From contig OX597820.1 of assembly GCA_951406725.2 (NCBI GenBank), positions 44,268,001 to 44,332,000 on the forward strand: DNA of 64,000 bases, in the 5' to 3' direction. The notes below the pieces were generated by a model that was given only the letters and a program-made list of their open reading frames with translations, ran no database searches and was not told the DNA's origin. The stretch comes from Octopus vulgaris (lineage: Eukaryota). Below are positions 29,670 through 42,220 of the stretch, piece by piece (the first letter of the stretch is position 1; every line of letters starts with the position of its first letter). The position numbers were made by a program, and so were the translations under genes.

Positions 29670-30440
29670 ATTAATCAGCCGAAATTGCGAGGATGATCCG
29701 GTTCTTGATTGAAGCTTGAAGGCTTCGAATGTCCCGTCCGTGTTTTTTCTATCGTCTTCTAAATGTTTTGCGTTCTTGTCCCAGTTTGTATTCTTTATAC
29801 ATATAGCGGCGTATATACACTCTCTCTTATATGTAAGTACACATTTCTCTAAACTCAGTACGACTCATCAACATTGTCTCTCTCCCCCATCTCCTACATT
29901 CCTTTGCCTTTCTTACTTTGCACTTCACTTTGTCTCTGTCTCTTTTTCTCACTCTCTCTCTCTCTCATCTCCTCCTCCTTAATTCCTAGTTCCTCTTTTT
30001 CTCTCTCTTCTCCCCCTCCTTATTTCCTCTGTCCCTCCTTTCCTCTCTCTTCTCTTTACACGTGACCGACTGACCGACTACTGGCCTTTTGGGTCTAGCA
30101 GCCGCCGTGGTAACACCAACATTTTTTTCTCTGCCCCAAGGCACATTCCTATCACGCCAGCTGAGTTTAATTCGTCCTAGTCGAAAGACGCCTGTTTGTG
30201 ATGTCCTGTTATTGTTATTATTATTATTCTTTTTGCGTATTATTATTATTGGTTTTACGTATTATTTTTGTATTCATATTCGTGTAACATCGTCCGTTTT
30301 TCTGTCCTTGTTTTGTATACATTCGAAGCTTTCTTCCAAGGAATCTAATGCGCTTAGCTTAGTTTTTCCTTGGGGCTGGCAAGATTGGAACAATCTCAAG
30401 ATTAATCAGCCGAAATTGCGAGGATGATCCGGTTCTTGAT
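29670..30440 (+). mobile_element. 731-bp non-coding unit with a perfect 40-bp terminal direct repeat
   Basis: ATTAATCAGCCGAAATTGCGAGGATGATCCGGTTCTTGAT at 29670-29709 and 30401-30440. Microsatellites lie outside both ends. Confidence 0.7.
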
Positions 30441-30854
30441 ATATATATATATTCATGCAAATGAAAAACTATAAAGACAAACACAAATGAAGTGCGGTCA
30501 TTTTATTGGTAGATGTCAGATGTTGAGCTTCACTGTAAGAAGCGGAGAAATTTGGAATATATACAAAAGGAGGGCAACAAATTTGTTAACAATTTTAAAT
30601 TTAAATAGTATTGAAAGCTTTCGACCTCGTCTTGGCTGACGCAGTACGTATTATCTCCCCTTTACTTTCACTAATGTCTATTAATATCGACCTTTATATA
30701 AAACTATATAACAAAATTAATAACGTGGTCCTAACTACACTTATCAACTTCAAGTGAGAAGGGTTGCAAATTGAACGCCATTCAAAACAAAATATAATAT
30801 ACATATATACATATACATTCATATTCATACATACTCGTGCTTATACATACGATG

Positions 30855-30922
<68 letters not shown>

Positions 30923-31020
30923 CTCACCAATTGAAATTTAACAAACACTACAGATAAGGACGTCGCTATACATACAATTCACATATACAAACATTACATC
31001 TTAGATATATGTATGTGTAG

Positions 31021-31125
<105 letters not shown>

Positions 31126-31808
31126 GATAGGGACAAATATACATGAATACACATAGCTATATACATGTATGTATATACGCACAAATTCGCTCATGATTAC
31201 ATATATAGAGAGAGATACACACACATACACACATATAGATACACACATACACGTATATCTAGGCACTCATACATACGCACTCATATCTACGCACTCATGC
31301 ACACGCACACGCAAAGTCAGAAAGTGAAGGAAAGAGAGTATTAGTTGTAGAGGAAGAAACGATAGAAATACGAAAGCCGAATTAATGAAATTGAAATACA
31401 AAGGAGTAAGTCAGAAGAAAGTGAGAGAGGTACGCGGACAATAAAGACAAGTGGTGGCGGCAGGCGAGGGTATGAAAAGGTAAGATAAATGTCACTTAGA
31501 TCCAGCTGTTTGTGAACTTACTTCCGCTCCTTCTCTACATTTCCTTCTGCTTTCGGCGAGCTTTGTACAGTACATAGCGATTAGATGGGTTGTGTTGTGT
31601 CAATAGAGACGCACACTCGCTCACCTATACAGACGACAGTTAAATACACACACACGCACACTCACATACAGGCAACGCACACGCACACACATACGCACAC
31701 ACGCATGCAAAGATACACACATATATACATATAGATGTATATATACGCATATACAGTATATATACATATATGCATTATAGATGCATTGATAGATAGATAG
31801 ATAAGTAC

Positions 31809-31873
<65 letters not shown>

Positions 31874-32531
31874 CACACAAACACACACATACATATATTC
31901 ATACATAGATACATACATACATACATACATACAAATTGATACATATATTTATGAGTATATATGTGTATGTGTATGTGAATGGGTATGTACGTAGATATGT
32001 ATATATAGATATATATATTTATACATACATATGTATGGCTGGCTGTCTTACACATATGTCAGACTTATGAATACTTATGAAAACTAAATACACCTGCGCA
32101 TATATATTAAACGGCAAATGAATCTTCCGTCGCTTGCGATGATGAGTGCTGGAGTTGTTCAATCAACAGAACATCCACACTGAATTATAGTGTAACAGAA
32201 TAACTTGTCGAGTATTCCACAGACACGTCTACCTTTAACATAATCCTCAATTATGGTAAAATTATGGTAACAGAGTGTGTGACAAGGCTAGCTTTTGGAA
32301 TTACAAGTACAGTAATTTAGGCGTGCTTCCATGTAGTTTCCATCTATATCATTGTTTTTGGCGTCGTGCGTTAACCATTGGCCAGTTTATGAGACACTTG
32401 GCCAACATTCCATGCACTAGAATCGAACGTGAACTCCTATGATTACAACACAGACGTATTTAATACAGGTGCAAGTTTGTCCTCTTATAAACACATGCGT
32501 CTGGAAACTTCTATATTTACACGCCTACTTA

Positions 32532-32563
<32 letters not shown>

Positions 32564-32728
32564 GGCGCAGGAGTGGCTGTGTGGTAAGTAGCTTGCTTAC
32601 TAACCACATGGTTCCGGGTTCAGTCCCGCTGCGTGGCACCTTGAGCAAGTGTCTTCTACTATAGCCTCGGGCCGACCAAAGCCTTGTGAGTGGATTTGGT
32701 AGACGGAAACTGAAAGAACCCCGTCGTA

Positions 32729-32774
<46 letters not shown>

Positions 32775-32993
32775 CATGTATGTTTGTGTGTCTGTATTTG
32801 TCCCCCTAGCATTGCTTGACAACCGATGCTGGTGTGTTTATGTCCCCGTCACTTAGCGGTTCGGCAAAAGAGACCGATAGAATAAGTACTGGGCTTACAA
32901 AGAATAAGTCCTGGGGTTGAGTTGCTCGACTAAAGGCGGTGCTCCAGCATGGCCGCAGTCAACTGACTGAAACAAGTAAAAGAGTAAAAGAGT
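32564..32993 (+). mobile_element. SINE family A, full length
   Basis: Near-consensus head, internal microsatellite and tail. Confidence 0.92.
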
Positions 32994-33050
32994 ATGTATG
33001 TATGTATGTATGTATGTATGTATGTATGTATGTATGTATGTATGTATGAA

Positions 33051-33384
33051 GGCGCATGCCTCAGTGGTTAGAGCGTCGAGCTTACGATCGTGAGGTTGTG
33101 AGTTTGAATCCCGGACCGGGTTGCGTATTGTGCTCTTGAGCAAGACACTTTATTTCACGTTGCTCCAGTTTACTCAGCTGTAGAAATGAGTTGTGATATC
33201 ACAGGTGCCAAGCTGTATCGGCCGTTGCCTTTCCCTTGGATAACACTGGTGGCGTGGAGAGGGGAGGCCGGTATGCATGGGCGACTGCTGGTCTTCCATA
33301 AAGAACCTTGCCCGGACTTGTGCCTGGGAGGGTAACTTCGCTGGTGCAATCCCATGGTCTGTGTCGTGACCGAAGGGGGTCTCA
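33051..33384 (+). mobile_element. tRNA-derived SINE family D
   Basis: Head GGCGCATGCCTCAGTGGTTAGAGCG...GAGTTTGAATCCC. Inverted copy at 34103-34436. Confidence 0.88.
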
Positions 33385-33763
33385 GATGTATGTATATATT
33401 TTGTTGTATTTCCTTTTTTTCTTTTTTGCTAAACAAACACAGGCACTATATATTTTTTCTTCACTCGTTTATTACTGCACTTATTTCAATTAAATCATGT
33501 CGGGAACAGAATGAAGGAAATGGAACAAGAAATGACACAAAAACGAAAAGTGCCGGTCGATAGGTCACAGATGTGTGACGAAAGATTTCCGGACAATGGA
33601 CATGAGTTAAAATAATAAAACAAGAACAGTTATAAACGAGCGAACAAAAAATACATAGTGCGTGTAATTTTTTACAAAAAAAAAATGACCATCCCAAATA
33701 CAACTATATTGGTTTCAACACACGATTTTACATCAGGAATCTTGCAACACAAATTGATAACCG

Positions 33764-33805
<42 letters not shown>

Positions 33806-33901
33806 AAGGGATGGTGTTATTAAAATACCATCACGAGTGACAAGCGAAATCATCAATTGCGCAGGCAAATTAATAAAATATATACATACAATATAGATAT
33901 A

Positions 33902-33947
<46 letters not shown>

Positions 33948-34056
33948 CATATATACACGAGGACACTACACGAGCACCTACATCGAAGTATTGCTGACTT
34001 CTATTTTTAGCGATGAAGGTGCTCATATAGTGCCCTCGTGTATGTATGTATGTATG

Positions 34057-34102
<46 letters not shown>

Positions 34103-34107
<5 letters not shown>

Positions 34108-34436
34108 CACCCTTCGGTCATGACTGACCATGGGATTGCACCAAGAAAGTTACCCTCCCAGGCACAAGTCCGAGTAAGGTTGTTTATGGAAGACCAGCAG
34201 TCGCCCATGCATACCGGCCTCCCCTCTCCACGCCACCAGTGTTATCCAAGAGAAAGGCAAAGGCCGATACAGCTTGGCGCCTGTGACGTCACAACTCAAT
34301 TCTACAGCTGAGTGAACTGGAGCAACGTGAAACAAAGTGACTTGCTCAAGAACACAACACGCAGCCTGGTCTGGGATTCGAACTCACAACCTCACGATCG
34401 TAAGCTCAGCTCTTTAACCACTGAGTCATAAGTCTT
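34103..34436 (-). mobile_element. SINE family D
   Basis: Reverse complement of 33051-33384 with high identity. B box GAGTTCGAATCCC. Confidence 0.88.
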
Positions 34437-34521
34437 CACATATATAATATAATATAATATAAATATGCATATATACATATGTATATGTACATATATCTAT
34501 ACATATATATAAATATATGTA

Positions 34522-34556
<35 letters not shown>

Positions 34557-34955
34557 ATGTATGTATGTATGTATGTATGTATGTATGTATGTATGTATGC
34601 ATATGTAGGCACAGGACGTCACGTAACGTAAACAACATAAAAAGACGAAAACATGAGATATGAAATACGAATACATGGAATATGAACTTTTTTTGCAACA
34701 ACGAAAGAAACAAATGGAAAACAAGACAAGTAACATAACGAACGACGCTTCATCAGCTTTCGGTTGTTTTTCTTATCTGTATTTCGAGAAGTACATATCT
34801 TATATTGTATGTATATATTTTATATATATACACACATTGCAAGGCACCTTTAGCAGGTGTCTTCTACTATAGCCCAGGACTATAGTAGAAGAGAGAGAGA
34901 GAGAGAGTTGATATTACTCAAGAAATTCGATCCCAGAACGAAGTACCTTAGATAA

Positions 34956-34996
<41 letters not shown>

Positions 34997-35001
<5 letters not shown>

Positions 35002-35486
35002 CGCGTTTTAAATGAATTTTCTGAAGCCCCTGTATATGTCTTGTATTCCGATGAGCCTTCTATTTGTACCTTGTCTCTATAAACTACCCCTTTCACTAGA
35101 CATTTCCCTTCCAACGGACAGGATAATTCATTTTTGAAATTGCATTTCTTAATGGACTCGGCACCATGCTTAATATCAATCAGATTCCTATTATGCTGGC
35201 TAATGTAAGAGGCGAAATTTTTGCAACAAGAATAGCTAACCTTCAGGGTTCTTCTATTAAATATTCTATAGAATTTATGGTCCTGCTTAAAATGCCTAGA
35301 GACTAATTTCAAAAATTCCTTACCTTTATTAGTCTTTACGGCCAAATTGAAAGTCGGGTTGAACCACAAAACTTTCCTGGTCCTAGTTCTTTACGCAGCA
35401 TTATTATCAGCATTAAGCTGGTTGTACTGGATCTTCGCAGAGAATCCACTATTCCTTAATGCGCTATCGTAATAAGGTGCAGCCTT
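34997..35486 (-). pseudogene. PLE thumb, linker and GIY-YIG N-terminal part (Naiad-like), inverted segment
   Basis: WFNPTFNLAVKTNKGKEFL, RIFNRRTLKVSYSC, CNFKNELSCPLEGKCL, VVYRDKV...YTGASENSFKTRF. Confidence 0.85.
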
Positions 35487-35499
35487 ATGGAATGCTGCC

Positions 35500-35860
35500 T
35501 CGTAGTTTATAGAGCCAAGGTACAAATAGAAGGCTCATCGGAATACAAGACATATACAGGGGCTTCAGAAAATTCATTTAAAACACGATTTTATTCGCAT
35601 AAAAATTCATTTAGATACCCAGGAAATAGGAAGAGGACAAGCCTAGCAAAATATGTCTGGGAACTAAAAGAAAAGGAAACCTCACCTTTCAACGTGGCAT
35701 GGAGCATCCTGGACAGAGCGGCACCATACAGACATGGAGCACACAAGAATAATTTTAAATGCAATCTTTGTCTGTTAGAGAAACTTTATATTTTATTCAA
35801 AGAAGTGAGCTGATGAACTTATGCAGGCACGCAACCAAATTTAAAATGTCAAACATAAAT
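35500..35860 (+). pseudogene. PLE GIY-YIG C-terminal part (Naiad-like)
   Basis: VVYRAKV...YTGASENSFKTRFYSHKNSF...TSLAKYVWELKE...WSILDRAAPY...CNLCLLEK. After a frameshift: RSELMNLCRHATKFKM. Confidence 0.85.
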
Positions 35861-36853
35861 ATACCATATGGAAAGAGTATATTTTGGGTTTTTTGCTTTT
35901 TTTGTATTTTTGATTTTTGAAATTTTGATTTTGATTCTTAGACTAGTATGTAAACGCAACTATGGATTTGTTTCGCGCTATGCAGATTTCATTCCGTATA
36001 GCAAAGTCTCGTGCATATATTTTGTTTATTTTGTTTATATTTCTACATATTCCTTAGGAAAAACCTTCGGCTTAGTTTATTTCATGTTATTATATTATAT
36101 AGGCTTACTTTGATTTTTAATTTATAGATGATCCGAAATAGGGTGTTATATTTTACATGTCTTTCGTATAATTTTTATTTTTTATTATTACACTCACCAT
36201 TTTTTAAAAGCAATGTTGTCAAAAACTAGAATTTCCACCCCCCTCGTTTTTTCTTCTTTTTTTCCTTCCCCCTTTTTCTTTTTTTTCTTTCTTCCTTTCT
36301 TTCGTTTTTTCTCTACCTATCCGATACTTGTATAGAGTCATGTAACTTTACGTCCCCCTCCCTTACTCATGTCTTCAACTTTGCATCGTAAATAAGAACG
36401 CTACTTCCCCATCCATGATTTTAGCTTGCGTGCGAACTAGATTGCGTATGCATATGTATACATGCATTTGTGTGTATATTTTAGCTTTATATTTATACGT
36501 CTGTATATGTATGTGGTTTGCACGCATCTGTGTATGTTGATATATATGTATAGTTTAATATGAATATGTATTGCCGTGTAATATTTTAATGCATTTTAAC
36601 ATTTTAATTTCAATTTCCATGTATTAATTATATTTCCTTCATTAAGGTCAATATGTATTTTATTCAATGTAGGGTTTTTCCTCGAATTTTACAATTTTTA
36701 TAATTTTTATATATATATATATATATTTGAGCTCAGTTTGGTTATCGCTCGAAAATTGACCGTTATTTCTAAAGGGCCAATCAAACAAGTCCATTTTAAA
36801 GGTGTAGCGTTTATACTAGTCTGGATAGAATTGACATATCGGTTCCATTCTAG

Positions 36854-36903
36854 CAAAAACTGTCCGATGAACGGCAACGGGAAACTCAGAGTAACAGGTT
36901 TTG
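36854..36903 (+). ncRNA. Near-intact minimal type I hammerhead (U4C variant)
   Basis: CAAAA-A-CTGT CCGATGA ACG-GCAA-CGG GAAA CTC-A-GAG TA ACAG-G-TTTTG. Confidence 0.65.
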
Positions 36904-36947
36904 TTGAAGTTTCTGCTGCTTTAAATAAAGTATATATATATATATAG

Positions 36948-36978
<31 letters not shown>

Positions 36979-36981
36979 TAT

Positions 36982-37062
<81 letters not shown>

Positions 37063-37065
<3 letters not shown>

Positions 37066-37301
37066 GGTTGGTCAAAAGTCACCTGACAGTAAATCAAAAC
37101 CCATTTAATACCATGATTAAAACAAAAAATTATTTCACATGAGATTTCGCTAATAGATAGACAAATGTTGAAAAAAAAATGGTTATTTTAACTCACATAA
37201 TTCAAATATTAAATATTCATAATTCAAATGATTAGATATGATTGAATATTAACTATTTATGGATTTTTGATTTACTGTCGGCTGACTTTTGGCCAAGCCT
37301 G
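37063..37301. mobile_element. 239-bp Tc1/mariner-type MITE
   Basis: About 40-bp imperfect TIRs CAGGGTTGGTCAAAAGTCACCTGACAGTAAATCAAAA, with TA on both sides. Confidence 0.85.
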
Positions 37302-37384
37302 TATATATATGCGCGTGTGTGTGTGTGTCTGTGTGTGTGTGTGTGTGCCAAAAACAAGATCAAAGATCCTTGCTTAACGATAGC

Positions 37385-37610
37385 GTTATAAGACTGGTTC
37401 CCAGAATTCTGTGACGTATATATTCCCTCCCTGGACGTGGTGCCGACTCTGACAGGGTTATTCATTTTTTCCAGCTGAATAGACAAGAGAAACTAGAAAT
37501 GAAGTGGTTTGCTCAAGAACGCAACGTATGGCCCGATCTTGGAATCGAAACCACAATCTTACAACGATCATGAGTGCAACACCCTAAACCACTAAGCCAG
37601 GCGCTCCATG
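37385..37610 (-). mobile_element. Diverged family-D-like SINE
   Basis: GCTCAAGAACGCAACG...GGAATCGAAACCACAATCTT...AACCACTAAGCCA matches the family-D head. Confidence 0.65.
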
Positions 37611-37693
<83 letters not shown>

Positions 37694-38165
37694 CACTTAT
37701 AGAGAGGGAGAGATTTAATCAAAGGGAATCCATAAAGAATCCAAGCTTTTCAAAATGAAGCATGTCGAAGTTATTGATTCGCAAATCAGAGAGTTAAATA
37801 ATCAACCGTCATAACAATTAATGCATTGATGAAGTGAAGTTCACCCTTGTTTGCTAATTCACAAGTCCTGTAGTATCCAAAGACGAATAGGACCTTAAGA
37901 GCGGCCGTAAAACGTTAAAAACAGACGAATGAGTCATCTAGTATTCCTACAATTTTTTCATTAAGAGTATGTTGTGACATTAACATTGTACAGTCAGGTA
38001 CGTAGTATGCACAACATCAAAGCGACTATGTTATACATTACACAACTCTCATCTTATCAGTTTTACCAAATAAACATGCAAGCAGGGGCATGTAGATTAA
38101 TCAACATGTAGATCATTAAGAAGTGAAATTACTAATCAGCATTACCAACATTTAAAGAATCTAAA

Positions 38166-38196
38166 GTGATTGGTAGGACTACAACGTGCCAATCAC
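38166..38196. promoter_or_regulatory. Inverted CCAAT-box pair flanking GGACTACAA
   Basis: GTGATTGGTA GGACTACAACG TGCCAATCAC in a repeat-free island. Function is inferred from motifs only. Confidence 0.25.
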
Positions 38197-38935
38197 GAGG
38201 GTGGATAGCAGAATGATGTTGCAAATTAGTGAATAGCAAAAAGGCATTTTTATTTTAACGATATCATTAAACTTAGCCACATCGCTCGTAAAGGCAGGTT
38301 CGGGCAAAACAGTCTTGTATACCAGCCGATTGCAGGCGCCAAGCTTGACATTTAACCCTGTCAAACATATTTTAAGCCAGATACCGAGATTGTTCTCAAA
38401 ATACAAGGATTTATTATGTTATACTATTTAGTACATTAAGGAGTGACACGGTTAATAAATTCCAGCGTTACATATTCATTTACTAAATTCATCTTGATTA
38501 ATCTTATTTTCTTTCTATTAAAGTATTTATAGGTTATGATTGCTGGCACTGTCATTATGACTATCTCTATGTATTTATCACTTTCTCTACCTTTTCCGTC
38601 CTCTCCTTCTTTTCCCTCCCTCTCCTCTGAAATTTCATAGAAACCGCTATTCACTGCATTTTTCTTTCAGTTATCTTCCTTGACTTACAATTAGATGAAT
38701 CTCCCTTAATTAATGCCAATATTCCATTAGTTCTGCAGTAATATATCGGTACACTTTAAACAATGTGAATTAATTAAATGAATAAGTAAATATGGAATAT
38801 ATTTACCACGTACCTCCTTTATGTACTAAACAATATAAAACAGTAAATACCTTTTTAGAACAATGTTGGTATTTGCCTTAAAACATGTTCGATACGGTCA
38901 AATGTCCGAATCTTTAACTCTAATTTCTACATCAG

Positions 38936-38990
38936 CGTTTGGTAATGCAGAAGAAGAAAGGCGGCTGCATGACCGATCTTCATCGAGCAG
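38936..38990 (+). other. Candidate 55-nt exon
   Basis: Acceptor TTTCTACATCAG and a perfect donor CAG/GTAAGT. No homology recognised. Confidence 0.25.
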
Positions 38991-39577
38991 GTAAGTAAGC
39001 AGAAGGACAGACAAGCAATAACAGACCTAAGGAAAGTATTTATATGAAATGCTTCATATAAAAATTACATGATGTAATAAAATCTTATCTTTACATCTGT
39101 TTCGAATAATCGCCGACTGGGTTGATATAACCTTTCATATTATGCAAGGAATTCCAATACTGAATACTTATTGTAGGTGTACATAAAAGCAAAGGAAAAA
39201 TTTCAACGAGCACGGATTTTCCGAGATCCGTGCTGCAAAGTCACGATAACCTCATCAGAAGAACCGAGCAAATGGCTTGAGGAGATAATGTCTATAGATA
39301 TATATATAAGTTCTATAAACTAAAGACATGGATAAAAGTAGAGGATAAGGTTATAGCGATGGGTGTATAAAGGTATGGAGAGAGGAGAGAAAGAGTTAGG
39401 TGGGGTATCATAGGGTGAGTATATATATATATATATATGGTATTGCCCAGGTGTCGAAATCATAGTGATATCCGCGGGGCAATTGATGATGGAGGTATGT
39501 TGGATTGTTGGTATGGCTGTTATTGTATGTGGGGAATAGTTTTATAAAACATCCATTTAATATATATTTATATATAT

Positions 39578-39646
<69 letters not shown>

Positions 39647-39679
39647 CGAACAAATATATATACACAGATATACATATAC

Positions 39680-39756
<77 letters not shown>

Positions 39757-40562
39757 TCGGTCGAAATCTATATATACTCATGTTTTGAGTTCTATTTTTC
39801 ATGTTTGTATCACCAAATCTGTGTGTGTGTGTGTGTGGGTGTGTGGGTGTGTTTCTGTATACTTATATATATGTGCGTATGCATATATGCGTGCGTGTGC
39901 GTTTGTATCTTTGTATACGTATATACGTGTATGTATGTGAACGTATATGTGCATCCGTCTGTGGTTCACGTTCCGTGTTTTAATATTGTTATTATATCAG
40001 CCTGCATGTACGAACGTGTGGTTGCGTTCATGCGACTATGTATACCTTTATTGATGCTACGTCTATGTAGCTAAGTAATAATTGGTTGCGTATCACTGAC
40101 TCGTCTATTAACATTGACTCCTTCTCTCATTCATTCACATCTTATTCCTTCTGTCAATCTATTGCTAGGTATTTCAATCATGCCATCAATATTTTATTGG
40201 TATTTCTAATGATGGACGTGTTAAATGCAGCTCTGTAGCCTCCGACTAGGACAACTAGCATCACAGTAACCAGTTCAGTATTTCTCTATTCTGGTAGTAA
40301 AATCTTGAAAGATAAAATTTATTTTTCAGTCTTTAAACAGAGGTTCGATGAAATGGTTCTTGATTTCGGTAAAAGGCTACCATTTTTGAGAAGACAGTAG
40401 TAGGGGACTAGTACTTTCTTTTGCCGATACCGGAGGGATGAAGGACTAAGTTGACGTCAGAATGTAAAGAGCGTGAAGAAATATCGATACATGACGCAGG
40501 AACATTGAATTCTAACTCAGGCTCAAAGACACACAGTTTTACGGAGGAGACGAATATAGAGC

Positions 40563-40900
40563 AGTGATTCTAAATCGGGATCCATATGACTACTGGGGGC
40601 CTATATAGGATTTTGTTGGGGTCTACTGAAACAAAAAAGTAAATTGGGGATTCACAGTAGAAGGTTATGGGTCCATGAAAACGTTTTTTCTTTAGATATT
40701 ACTGCAAGATGTTATTATTTTTCGGCTATTGAAACATGTTCTCTCGGTGAGTACTGTTCCAAACCTACACAAGTGAATGGGTGAAAAGCAAAATAGGAAT
40801 TTTGAAAAAAGTATCTATAAAATTAGTTTTTAAACATCGAATGGCTATAGGGTCCACAAGAGTAAAATAGTAATCGGAGGGGTCCATTTATACAAACGAT
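40563..40900. mobile_element. Decayed hAT (Charlie-like) non-autonomous element
   Basis: Starts TAGAG/CAGTGATTCT with repeated GGGTCCA subterminal motifs. The right TIR was not found. Confidence 0.45.
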
Positions 40901-41014
40901 TATATGCACCCAGTATTTCGCTGTTACTATATGCTATTGACTCTGAAGGGCAGGTAGATAAAGTTAACCCCGCATGATTTGAATTCAGAACCTGAAGTGA
41001 TACACCTAAATACC

Positions 41015-41247
41015 TATTTCTTTACTACCCACAAGGGGCTAAACACAGAGAGGACAGACAGGGACAGACAAACAGATTAAGTCGATTATATCGACCCCAG
41101 TGCGTAACTGGTACTTATTTAATCGACCCCGAAAGGATGAAAGGCAAAGTCGACTTCGGCGCAATTTGAACTCAGAACGTAACGGCAGACGAAATACCGC
41201 TAAGCATTTCGCCCGGCGTGCTAACGTTTCTGCCAGCTCGCCACCTT
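41015..41247 (-). mobile_element. Young SINE family B inserted in an old family-B copy (about 40905-41302)
   Basis: Near-consensus copy. ATACC is duplicated at 41010-41014 and 41250-41254, and the degenerate host head continues to about 41302. Confidence 0.88.
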
Positions 41248-41886
41248 GATACCGCCTTGCATTTTTCACGATGTTCTAAGTATTCTACTCACCCACACCC
41301 TTCGAGACACTGTTAAGTTCAAATGATGTTGACCTCTCACCTCGGGTCATCACTATTTCAGCAAACCTATGATCAAAGACCTTCCGAGCATGACCATCTC
41401 ATTTATTGTTGCTTTTTCTTTTCTTTTGTTTGCCTCCCCCCCCTATCCGCAGATATAATTTGTACATGACCGCATTATCTAATGTATCCTTACCGCTTTT
41501 ATGACAAAATGTAATTTGAGGGAGATTTTATTATGTTTTGACTGCATAACTGCTCCTTAATTCATTCATATCAATATGATAAAGACTATGCAAGTTCAAC
41601 CAAATACCGACTGAACTCTGACGAGAATAAAAATCGCAAGAAAGAGTCACATTTTGGCTGGGTAAAAAAACCTCATGAAAACAAAGACACAATTTGGAGT
41701 GGATGAAATCATTGACATCTTGCTCAGACTTTCTTCTAGTGGCTTCTTTTCCTGTATTTTCTCAGTAATTTTTCTGGGAAAGTTTTTGACTGATTTTTCC
41801 ACTACGTTGATATACTCCCTGAGACTTTTATCATATAACATTTTTCTCGGGCTTTTTTTACTGTTATTTTTGGTGTATGAGGCAGC

Positions 41887-42220
41887 GGTACAGGCATGGC
41901 TTTGTGATTAAGAGACTTGCTCTGCAATCATGTAATTTCGGGTTCAGCTCCACTGCACGGCACTTTGGCCAGATGTCTTCTACTATAGGCCCGAATGCAT
42001 CAATATCTTGTGAGTGAATTTGGTTGACGGAAACTGTGCGGGAGCCTGTAGTATATGTGCCTGTGTGCTCGTGCTTGTACGCGTGTATGCGTGTTGTGTG
42101 TTGGTGTTTGTTTCCCACCACCGTTTGACAACCAGTGTTGGTTTGCTTACGTCCTCATCAACTAGATTTTCGGCATTAGAAATCGATTTAGTAAGGACAA
42201 GACTGGAAAGAATAAGTATA
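41887..42220 (+). mobile_element. Old SINE family A
   Basis: Diverged match to the consensus: TGTCTTCTACTATAG, TTGTGAGTGAATTTGG, TTGACAACC. Confidence 0.7.

Noticed and set aside
38290-38315. AGSGKT P-loop-like peptide
   Set aside because: Lacks the first G/A of the Walker A motif, with no surrounding domain or long frame.
39195-39262. Minus-strand CTGATGA...hairpin...GAAA
   Set aside because: Stems I and III cannot be formed.
41647-41841. Protein-like 64-aa minus-strand ORF
   Set aside because: No recognisable family and no convincing splice sites; cannot be supported without a search.
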